32,000 bases of DNA from Candidatus Nitrosopumilus koreensis AR1 (GTDB taxonomy: Archaea > Thermoproteota > Nitrososphaeria > Nitrososphaerales > Nitrosopumilaceae). Where the stretch lies: positions 1,110,001 through 1,142,000 of the forward strand of contig NC_018655.1 in NCBI RefSeq assembly GCF_000299365.1, given 5' to 3'. The notes under the pieces were generated by a model that was not told the DNA's origin, searched no databases, and saw nothing but the letters and a program-made list of their open reading frames with translations. Numbering within the stretch: the first letter of the stretch is position 1; the number at the start of each line of letters is the position of its first letter. A program made the position numbers and the translations under genes. Below, piece after piece: positions 17,614 to 27,627 of this stretch.

Positions 17614-17847
17614 ATGCATAAAGGATTCATTTTATTAAATTGTGATCTCGGGGCTGAAGAATACATTGCAGATGAATTAAATCAGATGCAAGATGTAAAA
17701 AACGCGTATCTTACTTTTGGCGCATATGACGTTATTGCAGAAATCGAAACAGAGAATCAAGAAGAGTTTGAAAAAGCAATTGCCGTGATCAGAAAATTAT
17801 CCAGAGTTGTAAGTACAATGACATTGAATGTAATTCGTCCCGAATAA
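17614..17847 (+). CDS. Stand-alone Lrp/AsnC ligand-binding (RAM) domain protein
   Basis: 77 aa: GFILLNCDLGAEEYIADELNQMQDVKNAYLTFGAYDVIAEIETENQEEFEKAI..IRKLSRVVSTMTLNVI; no HTH. Confidence 0.85.
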   Translation: MHKGFILLNCDLGAEEYIADELNQMQDVKNAYLTFGAYDVIAEIETENQEEFEKAIAVIRKLSRVVSTMTLNVIRPE

Positions 17848-17924
17848 TTGATCTAAGTTAGATTGTCAATAAAGTCATTGTAAAAACGATCAAATTCAAT
17901 TACGAAAGTTAGATTTTTTGTAAA

Positions 17925-18476
17925 TCAAGAAACAGTGATTTGCCCCCTCATTTCTGGGTGAATTGAACAATAGTAATCAAATGTGCCAGATTTATCTGCC
18001 AAAAAAGTAATTGATTCACTTTGAAAATAACCAAGATCTTTGGTATGTACATTAAATTCATCAATGTTTAGATTATGCTTAGAAGGATTTCCAGGTTGAT
18101 TCTTTTCTTCATTGATTAAATGAATTTCAACAAGATTCCCTTTTGAGGCAGAGATATGAGGAGAATTACCTGCAGAAGTAGGGAGTGATTTGCCGCCCTT
18201 AGTATGCATGTAGTGATAGCTACCTTGGGCAGACTTTACTGCCTTAAGAAATATGTTAGATGGTGGAGCAAACACAAGACTATCAGAATTAACTGGACTG
18301 AAAGAGTGAAGGATTGCAATTCCAACCAAAATAATAATTCCAGTAAGTACAGTGATTGAAATTACATTTGTACGAGATAATTTAGATGATTTTGTTATTT
18401 TTTTATTCAATAAGTAGGGATAATTTTCAGAGATATATACAATAATTAACATTGGTAACCAATACTTATACAACAT
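17925..18476 (-). CDS. Membrane-anchored cupredoxin (plastocyanin-like) protein
   Basis: TM helix plus ...KHNLNIDEFNVH...SGTFDYYCSIHPEMRGQITV: type 1 Cu ligand pattern H...C-x2-H-x2-M. Confidence 0.85.
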   Translation of the reverse strand: MLYKYWLPMLIIVYISENYPYLLNKKITKSSKLSRTNVISITVLTGIIILVGIAILHSFSPVNSDSLVFAPPSNIFLKAVKSAQGSYHYMHTKGGKSLPTSAGNSPHISASKGNLVEIHLINEEKNQPGNPSKHNLNIDEFNVHTKDLGYFQSESITFLADKSGTFDYYCSIHPEMRGQITVS

Positions 18477-18492
18477 TACTGCAATCAGGAAT

Positions 18493-18777
18493 ATGAAAAA
18501 TCCATTTAGTAAAAAGAATGATTGTACCCAATGCGATGCAAAGTTTTCTAATCATGAAGATTTAGTGACTCATGTTAGACATGAACACCATAAAACTATT
18601 GTAAAATGCCAAAAATGTGGTAAAGAGTTCATTCATGAAAAAGATAGACTTCATCATGCAAGAAAAGAACATGAAGAAGAAATGAGAGAAAGATCTCATA
18701 AAGAATCATACCCTGATGAATATAACACTCAAAACAGAGTTGACAGATTCAGATCTAGATTTAGTGACAAACTCTAG
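18493..18777 (+). CDS. C2H2 zinc finger protein
   Basis: 94 aa: CTQCDAKFSNHEDLVTHVRHEH and CQKCGKEFIHEKDRLHHARKEH, two C2H2 units. Confidence 0.85.
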   Translation: MKNPFSKKNDCTQCDAKFSNHEDLVTHVRHEHHKTIVKCQKCGKEFIHEKDRLHHARKEHEEEMRERSHKESYPDEYNTQNRVDRFRSRFSDKL

Positions 18778-18861
18778 TATTTTTGATAAATTTTTAATTT
18801 TTAAACAGGTTTGGTTTTGATGGAATAATTGTTATATGAGATAATTTAGGATTCTTTAAAA

Positions 18862-19152
18862 TTGCAGAAAATTGATTATGAAGCACCAGTATGGGTACTA
18901 AATTACAACAATCCCAAACCACTTTTAGATCATGCCATTCACATGTTAGAAAGACATGGCGTAAAACGTGAAGACATGGAAATTACAGAAACACCTACTG
19001 CAAAAATAGGCTCAATTGTGGTTGAAATATGGCCTTATGAACTTGTAATAGGAAGGGTGAGATCAACACGTAACGACTCTTTTATCAGCGGAACAGAGTT
19101 TACAATTGAATTAAAATTAGACGAAAATGGAAATTATATAGATTATCTTTGA
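18862..19152 (+). CDS. Hypothetical protein, 96 aa
   Basis: Clean ORF, overlaps the start of the next gene. Confidence 0.6.
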   Translation: MQKIDYEAPVWVLNYNNPKPLLDHAIHMLERHGVKREDMEITETPTAKIGSIVVEIWPYELVIGRVRSTRNDSFISGTEFTIELKLDENGNYIDYL

Positions 19153-19838
19153 AAAAAAAGAAAATTCAAAATATCATAATTGTCGCAATTGCAATTAGTA
19201 TTATTGGAGCAATAGTAGGATACAATTATTCAGTAGAACAAAACAAGCAGAAAGGATTACAGTTTGGAATAGAATTAGAACAGATTCAACAAGATGTGAA
19301 AGATTTACAAACAAAGTTTTATTCTGAGAAAACAAGATGGAAAGAGGGAGATATAACAAAAGAAGAGTTGTTAGAGTTTTACGACAATCACTTGAAAGAA
19401 TTCAATGAGACAATTTCAAAATATGATGATCTTTCACCGCCAGAAATATTTGAAAGTTCAGTAGAATTACTAAAAATTTCATCAGAGACACAGTTGTTAA
19501 GTGATTCAGAATATATCAAATGGATAAAGACAGGGGATGAGTCAGCTAAGGTTCGTTCAGACACACAATTCCAAGAATCAGTAGAATATGAATTACAAGG
19601 ATTAGTTGAATTTTATTCAGCAAAAACAGGGATCAAAAATTATGATGAAGATGCAAAATTTGAAGCCCCACAAAGTGGATTAACACAAAAAGTCATTCAA
19701 GTTGCAGAAAATATGGCAAGTAAATGTGATGAAGAGTTCAAAAACGAGTTAGGAGAATTTGATTCAGATGAAATAGAAGTAGAGTGGTTTAACTGCACAA
19801 ATGAGGCTAAAAAATGGAAAATAGACCATCTTCCCTAG
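19149..19838 (+). CDS. Membrane-anchored hypothetical protein, TTG start
   Basis: N-terminal TM (IQNIIIVAIAISIIGAIVGYNY) then coiled/helical domain; TTG start overlaps the upstream TGA. Confidence 0.6.
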   Translation: MKKKKIQNIIIVAIAISIIGAIVGYNYSVEQNKQKGLQFGIELEQIQQDVKDLQTKFYSEKTRWKEGDITKEELLEFYDNHLKEFNETISKYDDLSPPEIFESSVELLKISSETQLLSDSEYIKWIKTGDESAKVRSDTQFQESVEYELQGLVEFYSAKTGIKNYDEDAKFEAPQSGLTQKVIQVAENMASKCDEEFKNELGEFDSDEIEVEWFNCTNEAKKWKIDHLP

Positions 19839-19884
19839 TTGAAAATTAAAATCACAAAAACTACTTTAAAGAACCATACAAAGA

Positions 19885-20649
19885 ATGATTGTGGAGAAAA
19901 TTTTCATCATAGGTATTATTTTTGCAAGTATGGTACCAATGATATTTGCTGATGTCTACATACAAAATGACCAGCAATACATTGGAGACGATGGTTCGTT
20001 TCACATAGTTGGAGAAATTGTGAATAATCTGGAAGTGCCACTGAATCAAATTAGCGTACAAATTTCATTGTTTGATGAAAATCAGAAAATAATTCAGAAA
20101 AAAGAGACAAAATCATTAGTAAACACAGTCATGCCAGGAATGAAGGGACCGTTTGATCTAATTCTAACAAATAATGAAGCAAAGGACATAAGATCATACT
20201 CTCTAGAGTTAGACTATCAGGCTAGCTCACCAAAAAACCAAGTGATTGACATTACTGATTCAAAACTAACAAGAGATAATCACAATAATCTAATGATTAC
20301 AGGAACTGTTGTCAACAACGGAGAGATTACAGCAAACACAATATCAGTGATTGCGACACTTTATGATAAACAAGGAAATGTGGCAGCAGTGTCAAAAGCA
20401 AATCCCGAACCAGATTATCTAAGAGCAGAAGACAGTGCATTCTTCTTATTATCAGTTTCAGACAAAATCCAGACTAGGGAAATTAACGATTATACTTTGA
20501 TTGCAGAATCAGAAGAGTATGCAGCAGTACCAGAATTTCCCATAGGCACAGTCATTTTGTTGATTCTAACATTATCAGCATATATTGGAATTACAAGGTA
20601 CTCAGGCAGAATCATAACAAACCTCTTTTCTGCAACAAATCTAAAGTAG
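19885..20649 (+). CDS. Secreted/membrane FxLYD-like domain protein
   Basis: Signal peptide, two repeats of GEIVNN..VPLNQISVQISLFDENQKII / GTVVNNGEITANTISVIATLYDKQGNVA, C-terminal TM. Confidence 0.7.
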   Translation: MIVEKIFIIGIIFASMVPMIFADVYIQNDQQYIGDDGSFHIVGEIVNNLEVPLNQISVQISLFDENQKIIQKKETKSLVNTVMPGMKGPFDLILTNNEAKDIRSYSLELDYQASSPKNQVIDITDSKLTRDNHNNLMITGTVVNNGEITANTISVIATLYDKQGNVAAVSKANPEPDYLRAEDSAFFLLSVSDKIQTREINDYTLIAESEEYAAVPEFPIGTVILLILTLSAYIGITRYSGRIITNLFSATNLK

Positions 20650-21070
20650 GAAAAAGTTCTTTGACTAATTCTTCTTTTTTAAGAGAAGTGGGTTGAGAAA
20701 ATAAAATAGGAAAAGTGATAGTCAGCATATCTTGATCAGTATGTGAAATTCGAACAGAATGAAACTCACAATTTATTTCAGATAAAACAGAATTCCATTT
20801 TTGTATGTGTGTTTCTACTCTAGATACATTTTCTTGTACATTTGAAATATTAGTATCTAAATCTCTATCAAATAGTCCAAATTTTACTAGAGGTACCATT
20901 ATCATCCCTCTGGAAATCTTATCATGGTTTTTTAACATAGATGAGATAATTTGTTCAGCATTTTCTTTTAGATATATATCACCATAATCAGGATCAAAAT
21001 AACCAGCAATCATTTTTTTTGAATCATATATACGAAAATATTCTTCATCAAGTTCCAGCTTCCACAACAT
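20612..21070 (-). CDS. Hypothetical protein, 152 aa
   Basis: Clean ORF; 3' end overlaps the convergent neighbour by 38 nt. Confidence 0.6.
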   Translation of the reverse strand: MLWKLELDEEYFRIYDSKKMIAGYFDPDYGDIYLKENAEQIISSMLKNHDKISRGMIMVPLVKFGLFDRDLDTNISNVQENVSRVETHIQKWNSVLSEINCEFHSVRISHTDQDMLTITFPILFSQPTSLKKEELVKELFPTLDLLQKRGLL

Positions 21071-21141
21071 CTAAAAATCAATCCATGAATAAATAAACGA
21101 TTAACCAAAGATAGTTAAATAAACAAAAAATAAAGAAAGGC

Positions 21142-21477
21142 ATGGCAATCTCAAAAGAAAATAAAGATTTCATCGACAGTTTAGTTGATTACTACATCAG
21201 CGAATCAGAAGCATACACTCAGATTGCAGAAAATTTTGTTCCCGAAGTAGAATCCATACCAGATACAACTTTTGGAATCATCACAGGATGCGTATATTCA
21301 GGATTTTTACAGGCATATCAAAACCAACAACAAACCCCAAGTTTAGAAGACATGAAAGAATTTAATGAAATAATAAAAAAACGAGCAGCATTAATAAAAA
21401 AGGCAATAATTGAACCTAAAAAAACAGAAATCAACAATGAGAAATCAGATGCAATAAAAGACGTTGAAGATAATTGA
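21142..21477 (+). CDS. Hypothetical protein, 111 aa
   Basis: ORF with ATG preceded by a purine-rich leader (aaagaaaggc). Confidence 0.55.
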   Translation: MAISKENKDFIDSLVDYYISESEAYTQIAENFVPEVESIPDTTFGIITGCVYSGFLQAYQNQQQTPSLEDMKEFNEIIKKRAALIKKAIIEPKKTEINNEKSDAIKDVEDN

Positions 21478-21546
21478 GAGAATTAAAACTTAGATAGTTA
21501 TTTTGAAAAACAATACAATTTAATGCTGTTTATCAATTGTATAAAT

Positions 21547-21639
21547 ATGAAAGTAGATGGAAGCAAGTTAATTTTTTGGGCAGGAACAGCTTCTGCAATA
21601 ATTACAGCAATAGTAGCACTGTATTTTTCAATTCGTTAA
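21547..21639 (+). CDS. Possible 30-aa single-TM micro-protein
   Basis: MKVDGSKLIFWAGTASAIITAIVALYFSIR; charged N-terminus then one hydrophobic helix. Confidence 0.35.
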   Translation: MKVDGSKLIFWAGTASAIITAIVALYFSIR

Positions 21640-21670
21640 AGATAAATCATAAAGAAAATCTAACAAAGCA

Positions 21671-21991
21671 TTGTCAGCAACAAATGAATTCAGAATAACC
21701 CAAATTGTGGATAACGGTCAAGTTGTACAGTTAACATTAATTGAAAATGTTTCGACTGAACCAATTTCTCAAAAACAAATGATCATCGAAAATGTTTCAA
21801 AAAAACTCGATTCAGAAACAAAAGAACAGGTAATGCCATTGTTAGAAGCAATACTACAAGCACAGCCAACTGTTAATATCAAATCATATCAACAGACACA
21901 AATCACGATTGCAATGCCAAAATCAAGATATGATGGGATGGGAAGACCACAAGTGGGAAACACTATAGAAGTAAACTTGAAAAAAATCTAA
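21671..21991 (+). CDS. Hypothetical protein, 106 aa (TTG start)
   Basis: ORF with protein-like composition. Confidence 0.5.
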   Translation: MSATNEFRITQIVDNGQVVQLTLIENVSTEPISQKQMIIENVSKKLDSETKEQVMPLLEAILQAQPTVNIKSYQQTQITIAMPKSRYDGMGRPQVGNTIEVNLKKI

Positions 21992-24015
21992 AGATGGGAA
22001 TTTACTTCATCGATTGTATGTAATGGTAAAGAACAAGTAAAGTTTTTGCAAACAAATACAGAAGTTTTGTCTTCAAAAGATTTTCCAGCAAAGAAAGGAT
22101 ACTGAGACAGTGCAGACAGCTGATCAGGGTTTTGAATTGTAACAACAATTGAATTTGGCAAATACTCCAAAAGAATCGATTTGCACAATGGAGAGTTTTC
22201 AGTGTTAATAATTGTAATTTCAATGGGTTTTTCCAAATAAATAGAAATTGTGTTTAACAAATATCCAAACCCAAATGGATTTTCAGCAGCCATTTGTGCC
22301 TGAGATTCCATAATTTTTTCAGTTATTTCTAAGAATTTTTTCTCTTGAGATAGATGGAACAATCGAAGCATGGCAAATGCAGATACAGAGTTGCCAGAGG
22401 GCAAAGACAAGTCATAGTTGCTCTTTGGTCTGATGATTAGTTTTTCATGATTATCAGAAGTCATAAAGAAACTATTGTTTTCTGAATCCCAAAAATGATC
22501 CACAAGATGATGGCCTAGTTTGAGGGCAAGTTTTAGATATTTGGGGTCAGGTTCAATCTCAAACACATCCAAAAGACAGTTAACAAAGTAAGAATAGTCT
22601 TCAAGATAGCCATCGATTTTTGCAGTTTTGTTTTTGTATGTTCTCAATAATTTGTCACCTGAAAACAAGTTATCTTCAATAAATGAAATACAAGTTTTTG
22701 CAGCATTAAGATATCTAGAATCATTTGTAACACGACATCCTTTTGCAAATGCTGTAATCATCAAAGCATTCCACGAAACAAGGATTTTATCATCTAATCC
22801 AGGCGCAATTCGTTTAGAGCGAACATCAAGTAATTTTTTAGAACAAGATTGAAGGATTTCCCGTACCTTTTCTTCTGTAATTCCGAAATTAAATGCAACT
22901 GTAGATATATTCAAATTATTGCAAAGAATGTTGTTTCCTTCCCAATTTCCACCATCAGTAACATCATAGTAAAGGCAGAAAATATCAGAGTCATCACCAA
23001 GAATTTCTTTGATTTCACTTTTCTTCCAAACATAGAATTTTCCTTCCACTCCTTCTGAGTCCGCGTCATATGCAGAATAAAACCCACCTTCAGGAGAGGT
23101 CATTTCACGTAAGACAAAGTCCAAAGTTTTTTTCAAAATATCAAGATAGAAAGGATCTTTTGTAATTTGAAACGCTTCAGCATAATTGACAGGTATTAGA
23201 GCATTATCATAAAGCATTTTTTCAAAATGAGGTACAAGCCACTTTGCATCTGTAGAGTATCTATGAAAACCACCCCCAATCTGATCAAATATTCCTCCAT
23301 TGGCCATTTTTTTGAGAGTTTTGAGTCCAAATTCGGTAAATTTTGACAGTCCTGAAAGTTTTGCATAACGAAATAGAAATGAAACGTTTGCAGCATTAGG
23401 AAATTTTGGTGCAGACCCAAATCCACCATATGTAGAATCTCCCAATTGGAATAGATTCATGGCTGCCTCATCAAGTATTGTTCTCTCTAACTTGGACGGA
23501 GTGGAAATTTTTTCAGTTTTATTTAGTGCATCAAGAAAATTGTTGGCAGATTTTTCAATATCGTGTGGTTTTTCTTTCCAAGCTTGTGCAAGTTGTCTGC
23601 AAATACTTCCAAACCCAGGGCGTCCATAAGAATCCAAGACAGGAAAATATGTTCCAACATAAAACGGCTTTTGATCAGGAGTTAGGAAAATACTCAAAGG
23701 CCAGCCACCTTGACCAGTTGCTATTTGGCAAACTTTTTGATAAATATCATCAATATCAGGGCGTTCTTCTCTATCTACCTTGATGTTTACAAAATTTTCA
23801 TTCATGAATTGTGCGACTTCTTCATTTTCAAAGGATTCATGGGCCATCACATGACACCAATGACAAGAACTATACCCAATACTAAGAAAGATGGGTTTGT
23901 TTTCATCTTTGGCTTTTTTTAGGGCCTCAGAATTCCACCCATACCAATCAACAGGATTGTGTGCATGTTGAAGGAGATACGGACTAGTTTCATGAATCAG
24001 ATTATTTTCTGCCAC
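21988..24015 (-). CDS. Thioredoxin-domain protein, DUF255/YyaL family
   Basis: [86 protein letters not shown]; GTG start. Confidence 0.93.
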   Translation of the reverse strand: MAENNLIHETSPYLLQHAHNPVDWYGWNSEALKKAKDENKPIFLSIGYSSCHWCHVMAHESFENEEVAQFMNENFVNIKVDREERPDIDDIYQKVCQIATGQGGWPLSIFLTPDQKPFYVGTYFPVLDSYGRPGFGSICRQLAQAWKEKPHDIEKSANNFLDALNKTEKISTPSKLERTILDEAAMNLFQLGDSTYGGFGSAPKFPNAANVSFLFRYAKLSGLSKFTEFGLKTLKKMANGGIFDQIGGGFHRYSTDAKWLVPHFEKMLYDNALIPVNYAEAFQITKDPFYLDILKKTLDFVLREMTSPEGGFYSAYDADSEGVEGKFYVWKKSEIKEILGDDSDIFCLYYDVTDGGNWEGNNILCNNLNISTVAFNFGITEEKVREILQSCSKKLLDVRSKRIAPGLDDKILVSWNALMITAFAKGCRVTNDSRYLNAAKTCISFIEDNLFSGDKLLRTYKNKTAKIDGYLEDYSYFVNCLLDVFEIEPDPKYLKLALKLGHHLVDHFWDSENNSFFMTSDNHEKLIIRPKSNYDLSLPSGNSVSAFAMLRLFHLSQEKKFLEITEKIMESQAQMAAENPFGFGYLLNTISIYLEKPIEITIINTENSPLCKSILLEYLPNSIVVTIQNPDQLSALSQYPFFAGKSFEDKTSVFVCKNFTCSLPLHTIDEVNSHL

Positions 24016-24054
24016 AGTTTTTTAGATTTCTTTTGATATTTGTATCTAATTGGT

Positions 24055-24288
24055 TTATCCCCAAATTCCTCTTCCTTCAGTTAATTCATAAATCCTGACA
24101 TTGATTTTTCCAAGCAGTTTTACTTTGGACTTGTGGGCTTTTTTATCATGACTGTAATCTTTTTTTTCAACTAATTCTTGTAATCGTTTTAGTTGTTCAA
24201 GAGTAAGTTTCTTGAATTCGTTTTTCGAGCTAGATACGAGACGCAGTAGTTCCACTCTTTCTCTATCTTCATCAGTGATTTCAGGCAC
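24055..24288 (-). CDS. Hypothetical protein, 77 aa
   Basis: Charged helical ORF, MPEITDEDRERVELLRLVSSSKNEFKKLTLEQLKRLQELVEKK. Confidence 0.55.
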   Translation of the reverse strand: MPEITDEDRERVELLRLVSSSKNEFKKLTLEQLKRLQELVEKKDYSHDKKAHKSKVKLLGKINVRIYELTEGRGIWG

Positions 24289-24368
24289 AGTATTGGATGG
24301 TTTGTGTCCTTTATTTTTCTAATGAATTTAGAACAAATATTAAAATTCGTTAAAAAAATTATGAGTTT

Positions 24369-25403
24369 ATGGACAAGATGCGCGCAATGGTACTTGAGAG
24401 ATGTGGAGCAATTGAAACAAATCCATTAAAGCTAACCCAAATTGACAGACATGAGATTAAAAGGCCAAATGAGATTTTGCTTAAAATTGAAGCATGTGGA
24501 GTTTGTCATTCGCAGCTTCACGGCATAGAAGGAGATTGGCAAGATATTGGAATTCCACCACAATTGCCAACAGTTCCAGGACATGAAGTTGTAGGAAAGG
24601 TGATAGAGATAGGAAGAGATGTCACAAAATTCAAAGTAGGAGATAGAGCAGGAATTACTCCATTGCTAGAAGCATGCAAAAAATGCCAATATTGCAAAGA
24701 AGGAAAAGAGTATCTTTGTGAATCATCTACAATTACAGGAGAATCTTTCAAGGGAGGATATACAGAATACATTACAGTTACGGAAGATTTTGCAACAAAA
24801 GTTCCTGAAAATATGAAACCAGAATATGCTGCACCGTTATTTTGTGCAGGAATTACAGCATACAAAGCAGTAAAAGCAGCAGAACCTCAAACTCATAAAA
24901 AAATAGGGATTTTCGGAATCGGCGGAGTAGGACACATGGCAGTACAATTTGCAAAAATAAAGGATTGTGATGTGATAGCATTTTCAAGGTCACAAAATCA
25001 CCTTGATGTTGCAAAAAGATTAGGGGCAGTTGATGCAATAAAATTTTCTGATAATCAAGAAGAGTTTTTAAAAAAATTAAAGGAAAAACACGGAATGCTT
25101 GATGCTGCAATCGTTTTTGCACCTGCAGATATAGTCACAGACACAGCTATCAAAGCAGTAAAGAAAGGAGGACTCATAGTACTTGCAACTGTCGGAGAAA
25201 ATCCACAATTCATGGCATTTGAAGAGAAAACCATTAGAGGGACATTAATTGGTTCGACTGCAGATATGGAAGAAGTAATCAAAATATGCAGTGAAAAAAA
25301 TATTGAAGTAATTACAGAAACATTCCCATTAGAAAGTGCAAATAAAGTTCTTAAAAAATTAAAAGATTCAGAGATTGAAGCTAGGGCAGTTTTAATTCCT
25401 TGA
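24369..25403 (+). CDS. Zinc-dependent alcohol dehydrogenase family protein
   Basis: ACGVCHSQLHGIEGDW, PGHEVVGKVIEIG, CKKCQYCKEGKEYLC (structural Zn), GIFGIGGVGHMAVQFAK. Confidence 0.92.
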   Translation: MDKMRAMVLERCGAIETNPLKLTQIDRHEIKRPNEILLKIEACGVCHSQLHGIEGDWQDIGIPPQLPTVPGHEVVGKVIEIGRDVTKFKVGDRAGITPLLEACKKCQYCKEGKEYLCESSTITGESFKGGYTEYITVTEDFATKVPENMKPEYAAPLFCAGITAYKAVKAAEPQTHKKIGIFGIGGVGHMAVQFAKIKDCDVIAFSRSQNHLDVAKRLGAVDAIKFSDNQEEFLKKLKEKHGMLDAAIVFAPADIVTDTAIKAVKKGGLIVLATVGENPQFMAFEEKTIRGTLIGSTADMEEVIKICSEKNIEVITETFPLESANKVLKKLKDSEIEARAVLIP

Positions 25404-25424
25404 GATTGAAATGGATTTGATGAT

Positions 25425-25577
25425 ATGAATTGTAACCGATGCCATCATACAGATGAAGCACACATTCCAAATGAGCAAAGCAATTCATTAATCAAAATGG
25501 GAAAATGTCAGATTCCCACATGTACATGCCAACAATATTTGGACCCAATACAAGAAATTGATGAAGAGTTGTTGTAA
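25425..25577 (+). CDS. Possible 50-aa Cys/His-rich protein
   Basis: Not in track. MNCNRCHHTDEAHIPNEQSNSLIKMGKCQIPTCTCQQYLDPIQEIDEELL; CxxCH...CxxxxCxC. Confidence 0.55.
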   Translation: MNCNRCHHTDEAHIPNEQSNSLIKMGKCQIPTCTCQQYLDPIQEIDEELL

Positions 25578-25609
25578 CAGTTCATATATCAAAAATACTT
25601 TAGATATTC

Positions 25610-25843
25610 ATGGAAAAGCACAAGCCATCTGATGAGATGATTAAGGAGTTAGATAATTTATTGTCAAAGATTAACGCTATGGAAATTGTTGCCTCAGATG
25701 ATTTTCAAAAGAATTCAATTAAAATAATGAGGGCTTTAGTAGAAGGTCAGATGCATTCAATCAATGAATTTGGACATTTGAAAAAAGCAATTGACTTGCT
25801 TACACTTCAGTTGTTTGACGTTCAAAACAAAGTCAAGAGTTAA
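25610..25843 (+). CDS. Hypothetical helical protein, 77 aa
   Basis: Clean ORF, predicted coiled coil. Confidence 0.55.
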   Translation: MEKHKPSDEMIKELDNLLSKINAMEIVASDDFQKNSIKIMRALVEGQMHSINEFGHLKKAIDLLTLQLFDVQNKVKS

Positions 25844-26363
25844 GTTTAGTATCACTAATACCGCAACTGCCACATCTATACAGTGTAGATTTTTCAAGGA
25901 ATTGCTCTGGTTTCATTTCAGAGCCGCAGCATGGACAAGAAAATTTTTCAGTAGAATTATCTGATTTCCTTACAGCATAATCAGGTCTTTCATTAGAAAC
26001 TTTTTCAACATTGCAAGGAGGATTGTAACGCATTTTGATCTTATTTAAGATACTTTCTCTATGTTCTTTACTTGCTTCAAATAAAGGCAATATTGCAAGA
26101 TATAGTGATTTTTCAGAGCCAGATTTTTCAACCCAACATTTGAAACCTGAATGTTGAATGAAAAATGACTTGTCATCAGTCTTTTCACAGTCACCAACAT
26201 AGACAATGTTGAATCTATCCTTATCTCTAGACATAATTAGAAACACCAATTTTTCCATTGGAGGCCCCCATTCATCAAGAGGAATAGGGCCAAGAAACTC
26301 ATACTGGAGAATTTGAATGCTCAATGACGATATTTCATTAAACCGTCTTTTCTTCTTTTCCAA
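25833..26363 (-). CDS. Hypothetical protein with C-terminal zinc ribbon; start uncertain (TTG at 26363 suggested)
   Basis: FSCPCCGSEMKPEQFLEKSTLYRCGSCG at the C-terminus. The track ORF extends to 26504 but that part overlaps the divergent gene at 26444. Confidence 0.6.
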   Translation of the reverse strand: MEKKKRRFNEISSLSIQILQYEFLGPIPLDEWGPPMEKLVFLIMSRDKDRFNIVYVGDCEKTDDKSFFIQHSGFKCWVEKSGSEKSLYLAILPLFEASKEHRESILNKIKMRYNPPCNVEKVSNERPDYAVRKSDNSTEKFSCPCCGSEMKPEQFLEKSTLYRCGSCGISDTKLNS

Positions 26364-26443
26364 AAAATTACCAAGTACGATAAAATTGATCGCAAAATAT
26401 GAACTTGAAAAGATTAAATTCAAGAGTAATTGATTTTTTGTAA

Positions 26444-26692
26444 ATGAAAGAGCCTCACAATCATGCACAAGTAGGATATGCCATGATTGCAGTAGCAGCT
26501 TCATTAGCAGTAATTGGAATAATGGGGCTTTTTATGGCAGATGACGTATTGTTTTCAGACAACATGCAGAGAGAACACACCGCACACTTTAACGAATGCA
26601 AGGCAAATGATTTCAAGACAGATGGTTGTGAAAAATACTGGGATAGAATCAACAACCCAATCTCAGGAATTTATGTAGATCTGGAAGAATAG
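26444..26692 (+). CDS. Small single-TM membrane protein, 82 aa
   Basis: MKEPHNHAQVGYAMIAVAASLAVIGIMGLFMADD... then hydrophilic Cys-containing tail. Confidence 0.6.
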   Translation: MKEPHNHAQVGYAMIAVAASLAVIGIMGLFMADDVLFSDNMQREHTAHFNECKANDFKTDGCEKYWDRINNPISGIYVDLEE

Positions 26693-26695
26693 TTT

Positions 26696-27382
26696 CTAGA
26701 ATCCATTTGAAAAATCTTCTAGCATATTTTGATTTTTGGTCAATCGATTCATTGCAAAAAACGCACCACCTACAATTCCCGCCTGATAAAAAGTATACAA
26801 AAATACTCCCGAAGAGGTAGGATCAGATTTTGTAAAGCTTAGTACTAGCATCGTAAAGAAAACAAAAGTTCCAACAAAAGTCACCAATCTATTTAAGAAT
26901 CCAGTGTTCAGACCAACAATTCTTTTGGTAGCTGCTGCCATCAATGTAATACTTGTTATGATTAGAAATGTTGCACCGCCATTTGCAATAACAAAACTGT
27001 TAACCCATACAAGTAATCCATCCTCAAAAATAGAGACATCAGGCATTATACTACCTCCATTTATTGCAAAGTTTACAGAACTAAACATACCTCCAATTAC
27101 AAAGAAAAACAAGAAAATTTTCACAATTGAGCGTTTTATAGGACTACGAAGTTCAGAAGGCTTTACTGCTTTTTCGGTAATTCTTACACCATAAAGGAAT
27201 CCAACGGCCATGGCAGGAATGAACATTATGTTGATTAGAATTGGAGACTGTCTGTTCATTTCGTCAATTTGAGGATGAAATGTTAGGAATAATATTACTG
27301 CAAGAGATGCTGAGGCTCCAAACAAAATCAATCCCAGATATTTATGGTTGTTTGATTCATAGGAATCAGCCCAGTTGTACAT
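26696..27382 (-). CDS. Polytopic membrane protein, hypothetical
   Basis: 228 aa, multiple hydrophobic helices. Confidence 0.65.
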   Translation of the reverse strand: MYNWADSYESNNHKYLGLILFGASASLAVILFLTFHPQIDEMNRQSPILINIMFIPAMAVGFLYGVRITEKAVKPSELRSPIKRSIVKIFLFFFVIGGMFSSVNFAINGGSIMPDVSIFEDGLLVWVNSFVIANGGATFLIITSITLMAAATKRIVGLNTGFLNRLVTFVGTFVFFTMLVLSFTKSDPTSSGVFLYTFYQAGIVGGAFFAMNRLTKNQNMLEDFSNGF

Positions 27383-27627
27383 TTGATAGAATCAACAGAA
27401 AATCATTAAAGACCAAATCCAAAAATCATTTGGTCAAATTATCAATTTTAGTTACATGTAATATGGTTTCAGCATATCATTTGTATTCATTTTTGCTGGA
27501 CACATACTGTTTTTTGGTTAATGCATAAGATAATAGAGGAAATTGTCATTTTTACATATTTTTTAATTATTTCCCCCTCCAATACATGATCAAAGTACTT
27601 AATAGAGATTAGACTCACATGTTATGA

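Noticed and set aside
27241-27528. 95-aa plus-strand ORF
   Set aside because: Largely antisense to the membrane protein at 26696-27382; composition not protein-like.
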